Shown here one piece after another: positions 49,090-59,287 of a stretch of DNA of 64,000 nt. Location: positions 4,236 to 68,235 of the forward strand of contig CBDCFM010000021.1 in the NCBI GenBank assembly GCA_965216035.1. The letters run 5' to 3'. The stretch comes from Terriglobia bacterium. GTDB taxonomy: Bacteria; Acidobacteriota; Terriglobia; 20CM-2-55-15. The notes under the pieces are model-generated. The model was given only the letters and a program-made list of their open reading frames with translations, was not told where the DNA came from and did no database searches. The position numbers were made by a program, and so were the translations under genes. Positions within the stretch are counted from its first letter, which is position 1; each line of letters opens with the position of its first letter.

Positions 49090-51543
49090 ATGAGCCATGC
49101 ATATTGCCGGGGCCGACTCCTAGCCCTTCTGTTCATATTCTTGTTGTGTGGACCGCCGGTTACGGAACTGAGGGCCCAGGCTGCCCAGACGGGAAACATT
49201 GAAGGCAGCGTCGTCGACCGAGTCACCGGTGAGGCGCTTTCGGACGCGCTGATCAGCATTGAAGGAACTGATGTCAGCACCACCGCGAACGCCATCGGAC
49301 GCTTTGAATTGCTGGGAATCTCGACTGGAGAGGCCGTCGTCCTGATCGAAGCGCCAGGTTTTCTCCCGCTACGCATCCCCGAACTCCGGGTCGGCGCTGA
49401 GGCCAGCTTGCAGCTCGAAGTCGGCATGGAGCGAACGCCAAACATATTTCAACAGATTCAGGTGACGGCGACCAAAGATGCCGTCAGCATCGGCGATCTT
49501 GCCGTCCCCGCGACCATACTCGACAGTGAGTCGATAGAACGTCGAGGCGACCTCGAACTGACGAACGCTCTGGAAAATGTGCCGGGTATGATTGTCAGCG
49601 GACAGCTCGGACCCTTCGAATCCATTCTCATGCGAGGGATGCCAAGATCCGGCAACGAGAACGAGACCACGCTCCTGCTCATCGACGGTGTCCCACAGAC
49701 CGACTCGAGAAACAGCGCGCGTGTGATCAATCTCCCGATCCACGATGCCAGCAGAGTCGAAATCATCCGTGGCCCCAATTCTGCGCTTTATGGCCGAACT
49801 GCGATCGGCGGATCGGTCAACGTGATTACCGGCAACCCCACGCCGACGCCGAGATTCTCCGTCGATCTGACGGGTGGGAGCTTTGGAACGTTCAAAGCCG
49901 TCGCGACGGCCTCCGGGCCGATTTCCGATTGGGGTGGCTATTACGTGTCGACGGCGGGCAACCGTGACCACGGTTACTACGAAAAAGACTTCAATTTCGG
50001 CGTGGAAGAATCGTCGCATTTCGGCAAGTTCACTTTTATTCCGGATGAACGGTCTCTGGGCAGCGTCAGTTTCAATCGCGTGCTCTCCGACAACAGCACT
50101 GCAACCAACGAACCGATCGTAACCGATCCCGCCACGGGTGAATTCGAGCTGCTGCACAAGGTTGATCCGGATTTTGTCCGCCTGAGCAACCTGAACATTC
50201 CTGTGACGAATTACCATCAGGAAGAAACTCGAGCAACGCTGAACTACACGCGGGAGTTGGCCCCCTGGGTGAGTCTGACCGAAATACTCGGTTACCGAAA
50301 AATCCAGTACAAGTTTATCGACGACGGAGATTTTATCGGGTCACCGTTCGACTTGACGGCCCAGACCCTCTCCATGTATCCGTTCGAGCAGCAAACGGAT
50401 GAAGACATCTGGTATCAAGAGTTGAGGTTCAACGTCGACCATAGCTTCGGAAATATCGAAGGTGATTTAATCGCGGGCTGGTCGTATGAAAACACCAACG
50501 GTTACAAACTGGGTAACCTGATATTTACGGACGAAGATCTCTTCGGTATCCCGCTCAACTACGTCGATCCTGTCATTCCTCCCCGAAAAGACTGGCAGTA
50601 TTTCCAAATCGGCGGACGGGACTACGATCTGGGCAATCACGGAGTCTTTGGTCAGTACACTATTGAGCCCGGCCGATTCATTCTTTCGGGAGGGGGGCGC
50701 TACGATCGGCTCCGACTCGACAACGTGCGCACGCTCGATGCTGGACAGCCGAGTTTCAGCGAGACTTTCGAAGCCTTCAGCCCCAAGGCCAGCGCGACGT
50801 TCAAGCTACTGGGAGCCGACGGGATCGGACCGTCAGTCAACGTCTATGGCGCATACTCAGAAGCGTTTCGACCGCCTCGAGTTCCGAGTTCTCTATCGCT
50901 CAGCACGGATGAGGAACAGCTGGACCCCGAAAACGTCCGCAACTACGAAGCGGGTGTCAAGGCCAGCCTCCTGGATGATCGTCTCTCCCTGGAAGGCGGG
51001 TTCTTTTGGATGGACCGGGAGGGCATCGTGATCTCGATTCGAAGGGGCGCATTCTTTGAAGACGCGAATGCCGGAGCGCACGAATATAAAGGGCTCGAGT
51101 TCGGGGCTAGTTTTGCGGCGACCGACGAAGTGTCCGTCTTCGGAAACGCTGCGTTCTACCGAAATAAATTCGCGGATTTCGTTGTCGAAACCGAAAACAG
51201 CGTGACCGATTTGACTGGCAATCGGCTCAACCTCTCTCCCGAATACATCGTTAACTGGGGTGTCCTCTACTCGCCGCTGCTTCAGGTGGATCTCACTCTG
51301 GACGTCAAGCATGTCGGCGACACATTTGTGGATATCGGAAATCAGTTCCTGCTGGATCCATATACGATCGTCGATGCGGCCGTCGCTTGGAGTGTCGGGC
51401 CAGCGCGGTTCACACTCTCGGCGACCAACCTGTTCGATAAGGAGTACTACTGGGGTGGCGGGAGTTCGTCGGTCGAGGTCGCCGATCCGGGACGCCCAAG
51501 GCAGATTCTGTTGCGGACGTCTTTTGAGTTCGGGCCCGAATAA
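49090..51543 (+). CDS. TonB-dependent outer-membrane receptor (carboxypeptidase-regulatory-like N-domain plus plug plus barrel)
   Basis: Signal peptide, then the plug and 22-strand barrel pattern ending with a C-terminal F, 817 aa. Confidence 0.85.
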   Translation: MSHAYCRGRLLALLFIFLLCGPPVTELRAQAAQTGNIEGSVVDRVTGEALSDALISIEGTDVSTTANAIGRFELLGISTGEAVVLIEAPGFLPLRIPELRVGAEASLQLEVGMERTPNIFQQIQVTATKDAVSIGDLAVPATILDSESIERRGDLELTNALENVPGMIVSGQLGPFESILMRGMPRSGNENETTLLLIDGVPQTDSRNSARVINLPIHDASRVEIIRGPNSALYGRTAIGGSVNVITGNPTPTPRFSVDLTGGSFGTFKAVATASGPISDWGGYYVSTAGNRDHGYYEKDFNFGVEESSHFGKFTFIPDERSLGSVSFNRVLSDNSTATNEPIVTDPATGEFELLHKVDPDFVRLSNLNIPVTNYHQEETRATLNYTRELAPWVSLTEILGYRKIQYKFIDDGDFIGSPFDLTAQTLSMYPFEQQTDEDIWYQELRFNVDHSFGNIEGDLIAGWSYENTNGYKLGNLIFTDEDLFGIPLNYVDPVIPPRKDWQYFQIGGRDYDLGNHGVFGQYTIEPGRFILSGGGRYDRLRLDNVRTLDAGQPSFSETFEAFSPKASATFKLLGADGIGPSVNVYGAYSEAFRPPRVPSSLSLSTDEEQLDPENVRNYEAGVKASLLDDRLSLEGGFFWMDREGIVISIRRGAFFEDANAGAHEYKGLEFGASFAATDEVSVFGNAAFYRNKFADFVVETENSVTDLTGNRLNLSPEYIVNWGVLYSPLLQVDLTLDVKHVGDTFVDIGNQFLLDPYTIVDAAVAWSVGPARFTLSATNLFDKEYYWGGGSSSVEVADPGRPRQILLRTSFEFGPE

Positions 51544-51758
51544 CCTAGATGAAAGCGACAGATTATTGTCTTGTAGGTGCGGGCATCCATTAGCATGGGG
51601 CCCACCGTCCTTCGGCCGGTCCCCCCATATGCTCTATCTCTGTGGCCCCTGAGCGCGCCAAACCAGGCGCGACATTTACGACATGCGTCGGAAGACCCCA
51701 CCTGCAGCTGAACGGAAGCCCCTACCCGATAAATCCACCGCTGGCGCAAAGGCGAATC

Positions 51759-53076
51759 TGAACGGCCGGGAACATCATTGACAGAATAGTCCAGGCACAT
51801 CCTTTACAGTTTGTACCTCTTTCTCATTCTATTCCCCAAAGCATCTTGAATGGTAAAGGTCCGTTCGTCCATTTGTCCGAGACGAACGGTGCCGAAGTAG
51901 ACATCCCAGACGCCGTCGTCGACTTCCTCGAGTCCGACGTACTCACCTTCAAGGGTGTGGGTGATTGGAACACGATGGGCCGACCACCGGAATCCCCCGT
52001 TCCGACTGACCAGTCGCGTTTCGAAATGAGACGGATACTCGATGGGAGGCAGGCCCAACGGAAACTCCCGTGAAGAGGTTTGATAGCGGGAGTCGGGCGT
52101 TTCCTGGTCCAGCGCCTCATGGGGACGCACAGTGTTGAATTCCTCAACAAAACGATTGAACCGGAATTGCTGAGCCCGCATCGTGGCCGCTGGCGGCCGA
52201 GTGGTCTCTTGTTTCAAGGTTTTGTGCATGCGTTCGTGTCGGCCGTTTTGATCTGGCCGGCCGGGCTGAATCAATTCGGGGAAGATTCCGAGGCGGATCC
52301 ACCAGACCGATAGCCGGCTCAGTCGCCCGATGGCCGTGGTGGCGAACGGCGGCCCGTTATCGGTCCGGATGATTGCAGGGAGACCGAAGTTCCGGAAGAC
52401 ACTCTTGAATACGGACTTCGCGCGAACATGATTAGTCGAGTAGAGGCCCTTACATGCGAGCAGATACCGGGTGCAACCGTCGGTGATCGTCAACGGATAG
52501 CAATAGATGCCATCCCCAGTTTTAAACTCGCCTTTATAGTCCGCACACCAGACATCATTGGACCGATCCATTGAAGTCACGGGCTTGCCCGGATGACCCG
52601 GATAGGTGCGTCTCCGCTTCTTCTCCACAAGCCCATGACGTTTCAGCAGTTCCGAGATCGTCGATCGGGCGGGCCAGTCGACCTCGGGATGCCGGGTATT
52701 CAAGATCTTAAGAAGCTTCTTGGCCCCCCAGTGAGGATGTTTGCGGCGCAGATCGATCACCCGCCGCACCACATCGTCTGACGTCCGATGCGGGCAGCCG
52801 ACAGGACGACGGGAACGCTCCTCCAATCCGGATTGGCCATTCTCCAAGAATCTGTCAATCCACTTATATCCGGTGGGCCGGCTCACCCCGTAGCGCGCAC
52901 ACAGTTCGACGATCGAGAAAGATCGAGTAAGATAATCGGCAATAAATAATCGTTTTTGATCCATGGTCGTTGATTGATCCCAGGGCATATGAAGTCCTCC
53001 ACGGAGGACTTCATCGTGATCGATCTGTAAACCATGTACCCGGACAGATATGTAAACGATGTACCCGGACCGTACC
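51759..53076 (-). mobile_element. IS481-family insertion sequence, copy 2 (identical to copy 1), target duplication ATC
   Basis: Same 1318 bp as 1064..2381. The triplet atc occurs at 51756-51758 and 53077-53079. Confidence 0.85.
51804..52988 (-). CDS. IS481-family DDE transposase
   Basis: Identical to 1109..2293. Confidence 0.85.
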   Translation of the reverse strand: MPWDQSTTMDQKRLFIADYLTRSFSIVELCARYGVSRPTGYKWIDRFLENGQSGLEERSRRPVGCPHRTSDDVVRRVIDLRRKHPHWGAKKLLKILNTRHPEVDWPARSTISELLKRHGLVEKKRRRTYPGHPGKPVTSMDRSNDVWCADYKGEFKTGDGIYCYPLTITDGCTRYLLACKGLYSTNHVRAKSVFKSVFRNFGLPAIIRTDNGPPFATTAIGRLSRLSVWWIRLGIFPELIQPGRPDQNGRHERMHKTLKQETTRPPAATMRAQQFRFNRFVEEFNTVRPHEALDQETPDSRYQTSSREFPLGLPPIEYPSHFETRLVSRNGGFRWSAHRVPITHTLEGEYVGLEEVDDGVWDVYFGTVRLGQMDERTFTIQDALGNRMRKRYKL

Positions 53077-53194
53077 ATCTTTTAACTAACATCTAGGTGG
53101 ATCGCCCGGTGCGGATCGGTTCGGCACGCACAAGGTCGTGGGCGGACATCGAATCAAAGAGTACGTATCAAACCAGAAACAGGGGAGACGCATC

Positions 53195-53884
53195 GTGAGC
53201 TATAAACAGATCGTTCTTGCTGCAGTGGCCGCCATCGGTTTGAGTTCGGCCGCTGATTTGGCCCAGGGCCAGGAATCTCAGTTTCCGCTGGGTTTCTTTG
53301 TCACCAGCACCACACACAGTGGCAATCTCGGTGGCCTCGCTGGTGCCGACGCCGAGTGCCAACGCCTGGCGGCCGCCGTCGGTGCGGGCAATCGCACCTG
53401 GCGCGCTTATCTCAGCACCCAGGGCACCCAGAGCGCACCTGCCGTCAACGCACGTGATCGCATTGGCAATGGGCCTTGGTACAATGCCAGCGGGACTATG
53501 GTAGCGGGCAGCCTTGCAGGTCTGCATGGCGACGTTCAACGTGCCAGCAACCTGATCAATGTCAGAACTGCGTTAACGGAAGCGGGCGAGCTCGTGAACG
53601 GGTTCGGCCGTGCCGAAGGCACGCCGCAAGAACACGACATGCTGACGGGATCGGATTCGCATGGCCGGGCGTTTCCGCCGGGCATGTCCAACCAGGCCGA
53701 CGACCGCACGTGCAACAACTGGACGTCCGATAGCCGCGACGCCCATGCCATGATCGGCCACCATGACCGGATGAGCGGCTGGAACACATCCTGGAATTCA
53801 TCGCACTCAACCGCGGGCTGCAGCCTGGAGGCGTTTAACGACACTGGCGGCGCTGGACGCTTTTATTGCTTCGCTGCGGACTGA
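53195..53884 (+). CDS. secreted endostatin-like (collagen XV/XVIII NC1 / C-type-lectin-fold, DUF1554-type) protein
   Basis: GTG start with an AGGGGAG Shine-Dalgarno; signal peptide IVLAAVAAIGLSSAADLA. GNLGGLAGADAECQRLAAAVGAGNRTWRAYLST parallels human endostatin [32 protein letters not shown], and the Cys pattern is conserved. Confidence 0.5.
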   Translation: MSYKQIVLAAVAAIGLSSAADLAQGQESQFPLGFFVTSTTHSGNLGGLAGADAECQRLAAAVGAGNRTWRAYLSTQGTQSAPAVNARDRIGNGPWYNASGTMVAGSLAGLHGDVQRASNLINVRTALTEAGELVNGFGRAEGTPQEHDMLTGSDSHGRAFPPGMSNQADDRTCNNWTSDSRDAHAMIGHHDRMSGWNTSWNSSHSTAGCSLEAFNDTGGAGRFYCFAAD

Positions 53885-54318
53885 TACAGAGCGACCCGGG
53901 TATCGCTCGCCAGTAGTATCGCTGCTAGACCGATCACGTGTGGGCCGAACCGCACCACTTCCGTGGGCGCGGTTCGGCACACATGGGCCAATCCCCACCG
54001 AGCGCCCGGGCGGGACTGCCCGAATTCGTATCGTCGCAGTTCCCGCTCCGGTGCATCACGGGTCCGCGCTATCTGCTGGCCGGGGATGTCGATCACGTCG
54101 CCGTCTGGATCCACCCCACGACTCAGATATAGCCGCTCATCGTCGAAGGTGACGCAGACCCGCGATAGAGGAGTCGGATTTCATGCCGCAAGTCTGGGAG
54201 TATCTCACCCGGTGGAGGGTTCCTATCTCGATCCGACTGGCCTTCCAGGGACCTTGTGTCATACACTTCGTGTTATATATCAACGTTTCACAGGCCAACT
54301 GGATAAAAGCGAGGGAGC

Positions 54319-55029
54319 ATGAATGAACAGAAGTTGAATTCACCACTCGAACGGCGATCGTTTCTCTCACGCCTGGGTGCAGGCGCAGCAGCCGTCGGTG
54401 CGGTTTTTGCCTCAGGTGTCCAGCCGGTGCAGGCGCAGTCGCTCGGAGGGCGAAGCTGGCAACCGACGCGTCACGCTGAAGACGACTGGTTCGACGAGCT
54501 GCCCGGCAAGCACCGGTTTATGTTCGACAACATTAACGCTGGAGGCTTCGGGCAGGCGATGCGTTTCGCCAACAATTTCATCAACGTCAACATGGATGCC
54601 TACGGAGTCGAATCGAGCGACCTTGCCGTGGTCATCGTGGCGCGCAGTCGGTCCACGGCGTTCGCATTCAACGACGCGATCTGGGAAAAATACGGTGTCC
54701 CAATGGCAGCACGAACCGGCCTCAACGACCCGAAAACGGATCAACCACCCACGGTGAACTTGTTCAATGCCCCCGACTATGGCGGGGAACTCCCCAACGG
54801 AGGACTGATGCTCGAGACGCTGTTCGAGAGAGGCCTACGTTTAGCCGTGTGCCGAGTGGCGACGCGGGGCTATGCGCGTCGGGTGGCCGCGGCAGTCGAT
54901 GGGGACGTAGACAGCATCTTTGAGGAGATGTCAGAAAATCTGATCGAGAACTCCACCATGGTCCCGGCCGGTATTGTTGCCGTCAATCGGGCACAGGAGC
55001 GTGGCTACGCGTTCTCATACGTGGCATAA
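54319..55029 (+). CDS. Tat-signal protein of unknown function
   Basis: Twin-arginine motif RRSFLSRLGAGAAAVGA. No confident family assignment. Confidence 0.5.
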   Translation: MNEQKLNSPLERRSFLSRLGAGAAAVGAVFASGVQPVQAQSLGGRSWQPTRHAEDDWFDELPGKHRFMFDNINAGGFGQAMRFANNFINVNMDAYGVESSDLAVVIVARSRSTAFAFNDAIWEKYGVPMAARTGLNDPKTDQPPTVNLFNAPDYGGELPNGGLMLETLFERGLRLAVCRVATRGYARRVAAAVDGDVDSIFEEMSENLIENSTMVPAGIVAVNRAQERGYAFSYVA

Positions 55030-55299
55030 ACGGCCCCTTGCCCATCGTGCGCCGCCGGCGTCGAAGCCGACGGCCGAGCGGCCCCCGGGGGTTCGGATCT
55101 GTGTAATGCGCGCGAAACGACCCGGCAGCCTCGGCTGGGACCCTGTCTACTAAAGCGGTTGGGTCGCGTTATCGCCGCCCTCTACCCGCTCTGTGTCTGT
55201 GATCCGGGTATCGGCTCCGGCAAACTCCATCCCCAGAACCGCCGGATTTTGGTAGTGGCGTCTTTTTGACCCCCTCTGTGTGAAGATCCCTTTTCCCTG

Positions 55300-56694
55300 A
55301 TGAAGACGGACACCCAATATGACGTGCTGGTCGTGGGGGGCGGAAACGCCGGGCTCTGCGCCGCGATCGCCGCGAGCAGTTCCGGCGCCCGGGTCCTGGT
55401 CCTCGAGGTCGCACCCCGCTCCTTGCGTGGCGGCAACAGCCGGCACACGCGAAACCTTCGCTGCATGCATGAGGGGCCAGAGGACGTCCTGACAGGCGCC
55501 TATTCCTTTGCTGAGTACTGGGACGACCTGATCGAGGTGACGGGGGGAGAAACCAACGAAACGCTGGCCCGCATCACGCTTGAGGAGTCCGCAACCTGCC
55601 GCGAATGGATGATGCGGCATGGCGTTCGGTTTCAGCCTGCGCTCGGCGGCACGCTCCACCTCTCCAGAACGAACGCCTTTTTCCTAGGGGGTGGCAAAGC
55701 CCTGCTGAACGCCTACTACCGAGCGGCCGAGACCATGGGTGTCGACATCGAGTATGACGCCGAGGTCCAGGCCCTGGATATCCGGGATGGGCGGTTTGAC
55801 TCGGCCACAGTCCGCCGCAACGGCGCGTGTCAGGAGGTCTCGGCCGCATCCCTCGTCGCCGCGGCCGGGGGTTTTCAGGGGAACCTCGACTGGCTCCGCG
55901 AGGTCTGGGGCGAGGCGGCGGACAACTTCATAATCCGGGGGACGCCTTACGACACCGGGACAATTCTGCGTGCCCTCCAGGGGTGTAGTGCCAAGACCGT
56001 TGGGGACCCGGCCCAGTGCCATGCGATCGCTGTCGATGCGCGGTCCCCACGCTTCGACGGCGGCATTGTGACACGGGTGGACTCGGTGTCTCTCGGGATC
56101 GTTGTGAATCAGGACGGTGTTCGTTTCTACGACGAAGGTGAAGACTTCTGGCCCAAAAGGTATGCCATCTGGGGCCTTCTGATTGCCGGGCAGCCGGGGC
56201 AGATCGCCTATTCGATCGTCGATTCCAAGTCCATGGGCCTGTTTCTGCCGTCACTCTATCCCCCGATCAAAGGTGCGTCGGTCGCCGAACTCGCACGCGC
56301 GCTTTCAGTGGATGCAGCCACACTCGAGAACACGGTCATGGAATTCAACGCCTCCGTTCAGGATGGTGCGTTCGATCACACGGTGCTCGACAACTGCCGG
56401 ACGGAAGGGCTGACGCCTTCCAAAAAACACTGGGCCCGGACCCTGGATCGGCCTCCGTTCTTCGCCTATCCCCTGCGGCCCGGCATCACCTTCACCTATC
56501 TGGGTGTCGCCGTGAACGAGCGTGCCCAGGTTCTGATGGAAAACAGGGAACCGTCGGACAACGTGTTCGCGGCCGGCGAGATCATGGCTGGCAACATTCT
56601 CGGCAAGGGCTACCTGGCGGGGATAGGGATGACAATCGGCACGGTATTCGGCCGGATCGCGGGGAGGGAGGCTGCAGCCAATGTCCGTCACTGA
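55300..56694 (+). CDS. tcuA: tricarballylate dehydrogenase flavoprotein
   Basis: Colinear with TcuA: YDVLVVGGGNAGLCAAI, HTRNLRCMHEG, LSRTNAFFLGGGKAL, AAGEIMAGNILGKGYLAGIGMTIG. Confidence 0.8.
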   Translation: MKTDTQYDVLVVGGGNAGLCAAIAASSSGARVLVLEVAPRSLRGGNSRHTRNLRCMHEGPEDVLTGAYSFAEYWDDLIEVTGGETNETLARITLEESATCREWMMRHGVRFQPALGGTLHLSRTNAFFLGGGKALLNAYYRAAETMGVDIEYDAEVQALDIRDGRFDSATVRRNGACQEVSAASLVAAAGGFQGNLDWLREVWGEAADNFIIRGTPYDTGTILRALQGCSAKTVGDPAQCHAIAVDARSPRFDGGIVTRVDSVSLGIVVNQDGVRFYDEGEDFWPKRYAIWGLLIAGQPGQIAYSIVDSKSMGLFLPSLYPPIKGASVAELARALSVDAATLENTVMEFNASVQDGAFDHTVLDNCRTEGLTPSKKHWARTLDRPPFFAYPLRPGITFTYLGVAVNERAQVLMENREPSDNVFAAGEIMAGNILGKGYLAGIGMTIGTVFGRIAGREAAANVRH

Positions 56695-57802
56695 GCTAAA
56701 ACTCCTGACGCTGATTGAGGATGGTGAGCGCGCGATGAGCATCTGTAACGCCTGTCGTTACTGTGAGGGCTTTTGCGCGGTCTTCCCGGCCATGGAAAAG
56801 AGATTGACGTTCCCGCCCGAGCAACTCGGCTATCTTGCGAATCTCTGCCACGACTGCCGCGAGTGTTACTACTCCTGTCAATACGCGCCACCTCACGAAT
56901 TCAGTCTGAATCTCCCCAAAACGCTCGCAGGCCTGAGACGGGAGAGTTATCGCCGTTATGCGTGGCCCGGGTTTCTCGTGCGCATACTTGGAAACGCCGG
57001 TCCCGCTCTGATGGTGAGCTTCCTACTGAGTCCGGTCCTGTTTCTGCTGGCAACGCTCGCGTTTCAGGATCCGGACATCGTGTTCGCGGCCCACTCTGTT
57101 GAGGCAGGCTCCTTCTACCGGGTTATTCCCCATACCGCCATGGTTCTGTGCTTCGGCGTCGTCGGTGTATTCGTGGTCCTGGCGCTCGGGATGGGGTTTC
57201 GCAATTTCTGGCGGGAGTCGAATTCAGGGGGCTTCACCTGGGGCGACCTCACCGCAATCGGGGACGCGCTTCGGGATAGTGCGCGCTTGCGCTACCTGGG
57301 CGGGGGCGGAGCGGGTGGGGACGGCTGCGCATACCCTGAAGAACGGACGTCCAATAGCCGGCGCGTCTACCACCACCTGACGTTCTACGGATTTATGCTC
57401 TGCTTTGCCTCGACGACGATCGCCGCCCTCTATCACAACATTCTCGGCTGGGAAGCGCCCTATGATTTCCGTAGCCTGCCCGTTGTCCTCGGTTCCCTCG
57501 GAGGCGTCGGGCTCCTGGTCGGCCCCGCAGGCCTGCTTGGACTCAAGTCGATCCGAGACCCCGAGCCCTCGGATCCGCTGCAGAGCAGGATGGATGTCGC
57601 CTTTCTCATCCATCTGTTTCTGACGAGCCTCACAGGCCTATTGATTCTGTGGCTGCGAGAGACCCCGGCGATGGGTGTCACGCTGGCTGTTCACCTGGGC
57701 GTGGTGATGGGACTCTTTTTGACCATGCCCTACGGCAAGTTCGTCCACGGGATTTACCGATTCGGTGCCCTCATCCGTTTTGCGAAGGAGAAACAGCAGT
57801 GA
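56681..57802 (+). CDS. tcuB: tricarballylate utilisation membrane Fe-S protein
   Basis: CNACRYCEGFCAVFPAM and LCHDCRECYYSCQYAPPHEF cysteine clusters plus TM segments; overlaps tcuA. Confidence 0.75.
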   Translation: MSVTELKLLTLIEDGERAMSICNACRYCEGFCAVFPAMEKRLTFPPEQLGYLANLCHDCRECYYSCQYAPPHEFSLNLPKTLAGLRRESYRRYAWPGFLVRILGNAGPALMVSFLLSPVLFLLATLAFQDPDIVFAAHSVEAGSFYRVIPHTAMVLCFGVVGVFVVLALGMGFRNFWRESNSGGFTWGDLTAIGDALRDSARLRYLGGGGAGGDGCAYPEERTSNSRRVYHHLTFYGFMLCFASTTIAALYHNILGWEAPYDFRSLPVVLGSLGGVGLLVGPAGLLGLKSIRDPEPSDPLQSRMDVAFLIHLFLTSLTGLLILWLRETPAMGVTLAVHLGVVMGLFLTMPYGKFVHGIYRFGALIRFAKEKQQ

Positions 57803-58788
57803 TCACTATCCGAACATGCACAATCAGGCATGCCATAGCCCCTCTGGCCGCGGCCGCCCTCTTTCTCGGCGCCCCAGGTTGCGGTCTCCCACCACCGGCA
57901 TCGGACACCCTGACGCTGCTTGCGCCGGCCGCGCCTGGCGGCGGCTGGGATCAGACCGCCCGCGCGATGCAGCAGGTTCTAGCGAGCACGGGTGTTGCAC
58001 CCGCGGTACAGGTGATCAATGTCCCAGGTGCCGGTGGGATCATCGGTCTGGCGCAGGTGGCGAACGCATATGAGGGTGATCCCAATCTTCTGATGATGAC
58101 GGGGCTGATCATGATGGGGGCCATCCTAACCAATGACTCACCGGTCACCCTCGATGAGGTCACGCCGATCGCGCGGCTTCTCGGAGAGTGCGAGGTTCTC
58201 GTTGTGCCGAGTGATTCGCCGTATCAAACGCTCGAGGACTTCGTGGCCGGGTGGAGAGAGGATCCCGGGGCGTTCGCCATTGCAGGTGGCTCTGCCGGGG
58301 GGACCGACCACATGCTGACCGGTCTGCTCGCCCGGGCCGTTGGCATCGATCCCACGGCGATCAACTATCTGCCGCACTCGGGGGGCGGAGAGTCGTTGGC
58401 ATCAATTCTGGGCGGCCACGTGGCCGCCGGCATCAACGGTTATGCGGAACTCAATCCGTTTATCGACGCGGGCCGGTTGACGCCACTGGGAATCTCCAGC
58501 GACGAACCGATCGCGGGAGTCGACATTCCCACGTTCCGGGAGCAGGGTTTCGACGTCGCGCTTGCGAACTGGCGTGGGGTCGCCGCGCCTCCCGGCATCA
58601 CCGATGCAGAGCAATCCCGTCTCATCGCGTTGCTGGATCAGATGCATGCCTCCAGGGAATGGCGTGTGGCGCTGGAGGCCAACAACTGGTTCGATCTCTA
58701 TCTGACCGGTGAGGAATATGGGGCTTTTCTGAACGAGGAAGACGGGCGCACGATGGCCGTTCTCGAGTCCATCGGCCTGCTCAACTGA
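57799..58788 (+). CDS. tctC: tripartite tricarboxylate transporter substrate-binding protein (TctC/Bug family)
   Basis: GTG start overlapping the tcuB stop (GTGA), with a GAAGGAG Shine-Dalgarno 8 nt upstream, and the Bug-family core. Confidence 0.75.
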   Translation: MITIRTCTIRHAIAPLAAAALFLGAPGCGLPPPASDTLTLLAPAAPGGGWDQTARAMQQVLASTGVAPAVQVINVPGAGGIIGLAQVANAYEGDPNLLMMTGLIMMGAILTNDSPVTLDEVTPIARLLGECEVLVVPSDSPYQTLEDFVAGWREDPGAFAIAGGSAGGTDHMLTGLLARAVGIDPTAINYLPHSGGGESLASILGGHVAAGINGYAELNPFIDAGRLTPLGISSDEPIAGVDIPTFREQGFDVALANWRGVAAPPGITDAEQSRLIALLDQMHASREWRVALEANNWFDLYLTGEEYGAFLNEEDGRTMAVLESIGLLN

Positions 58789-58804
58789 AGGGGACATTGC
58801 TGTC

Positions 58805-59287
58805 GTGCATTCGGACCCAACCGAATCCGGACGCGATAAGGTTGAAGTCGCAGTAGCGGCTGGCGTGATCGCGCTGGGACTCGTCGTTGTCGGAGGCGCG
58901 TTCACAATCGGTTTCGGGGTGCGCTACGACCGGATCGGCCCGCGTTTCTTTCCCTATCTCGTCGCCGCCGGCTTGCTGGTGTCCGGAGTTTTTCTTCTCC
59001 GGGAAGTCCTCCGCTCGAAGACCACCCCCGGCATTCGCAGCAGCAGTCGCGTATCGAACCTGGGAATCCTGACGATTGCCCTGGCTTCGGGAGTGCTGGG
59101 TCTGGAATCGGCCGGGTTCATCCTTACGTCTGTCGTCGTGTTCTGGCTGGTCGCTCGCGCCTTCGGGAGCCGGCGGCCATGGCGGGATGTCCTCGTGGGA
59201 ACGCTGCTGTCGGTCATCGTCTACTTCGCCTTCACGCGAGGCCTGGGCCTGCCCTTGCCCGGGGGTATTCTTCAGGGGCTAAACTGA
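58805..59287 (+). CDS. tctB: tripartite tricarboxylate transporter small permease
   Basis: Four-TM small protein between tctC and tctA. Confidence 0.65.
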   Translation: MHSDPTESGRDKVEVAVAAGVIALGLVVVGGAFTIGFGVRYDRIGPRFFPYLVAAGLLVSGVFLLREVLRSKTTPGIRSSSRVSNLGILTIALASGVLGLESAGFILTSVVVFWLVARAFGSRRPWRDVLVGTLLSVIVYFAFTRGLGLPLPGGILQGLN

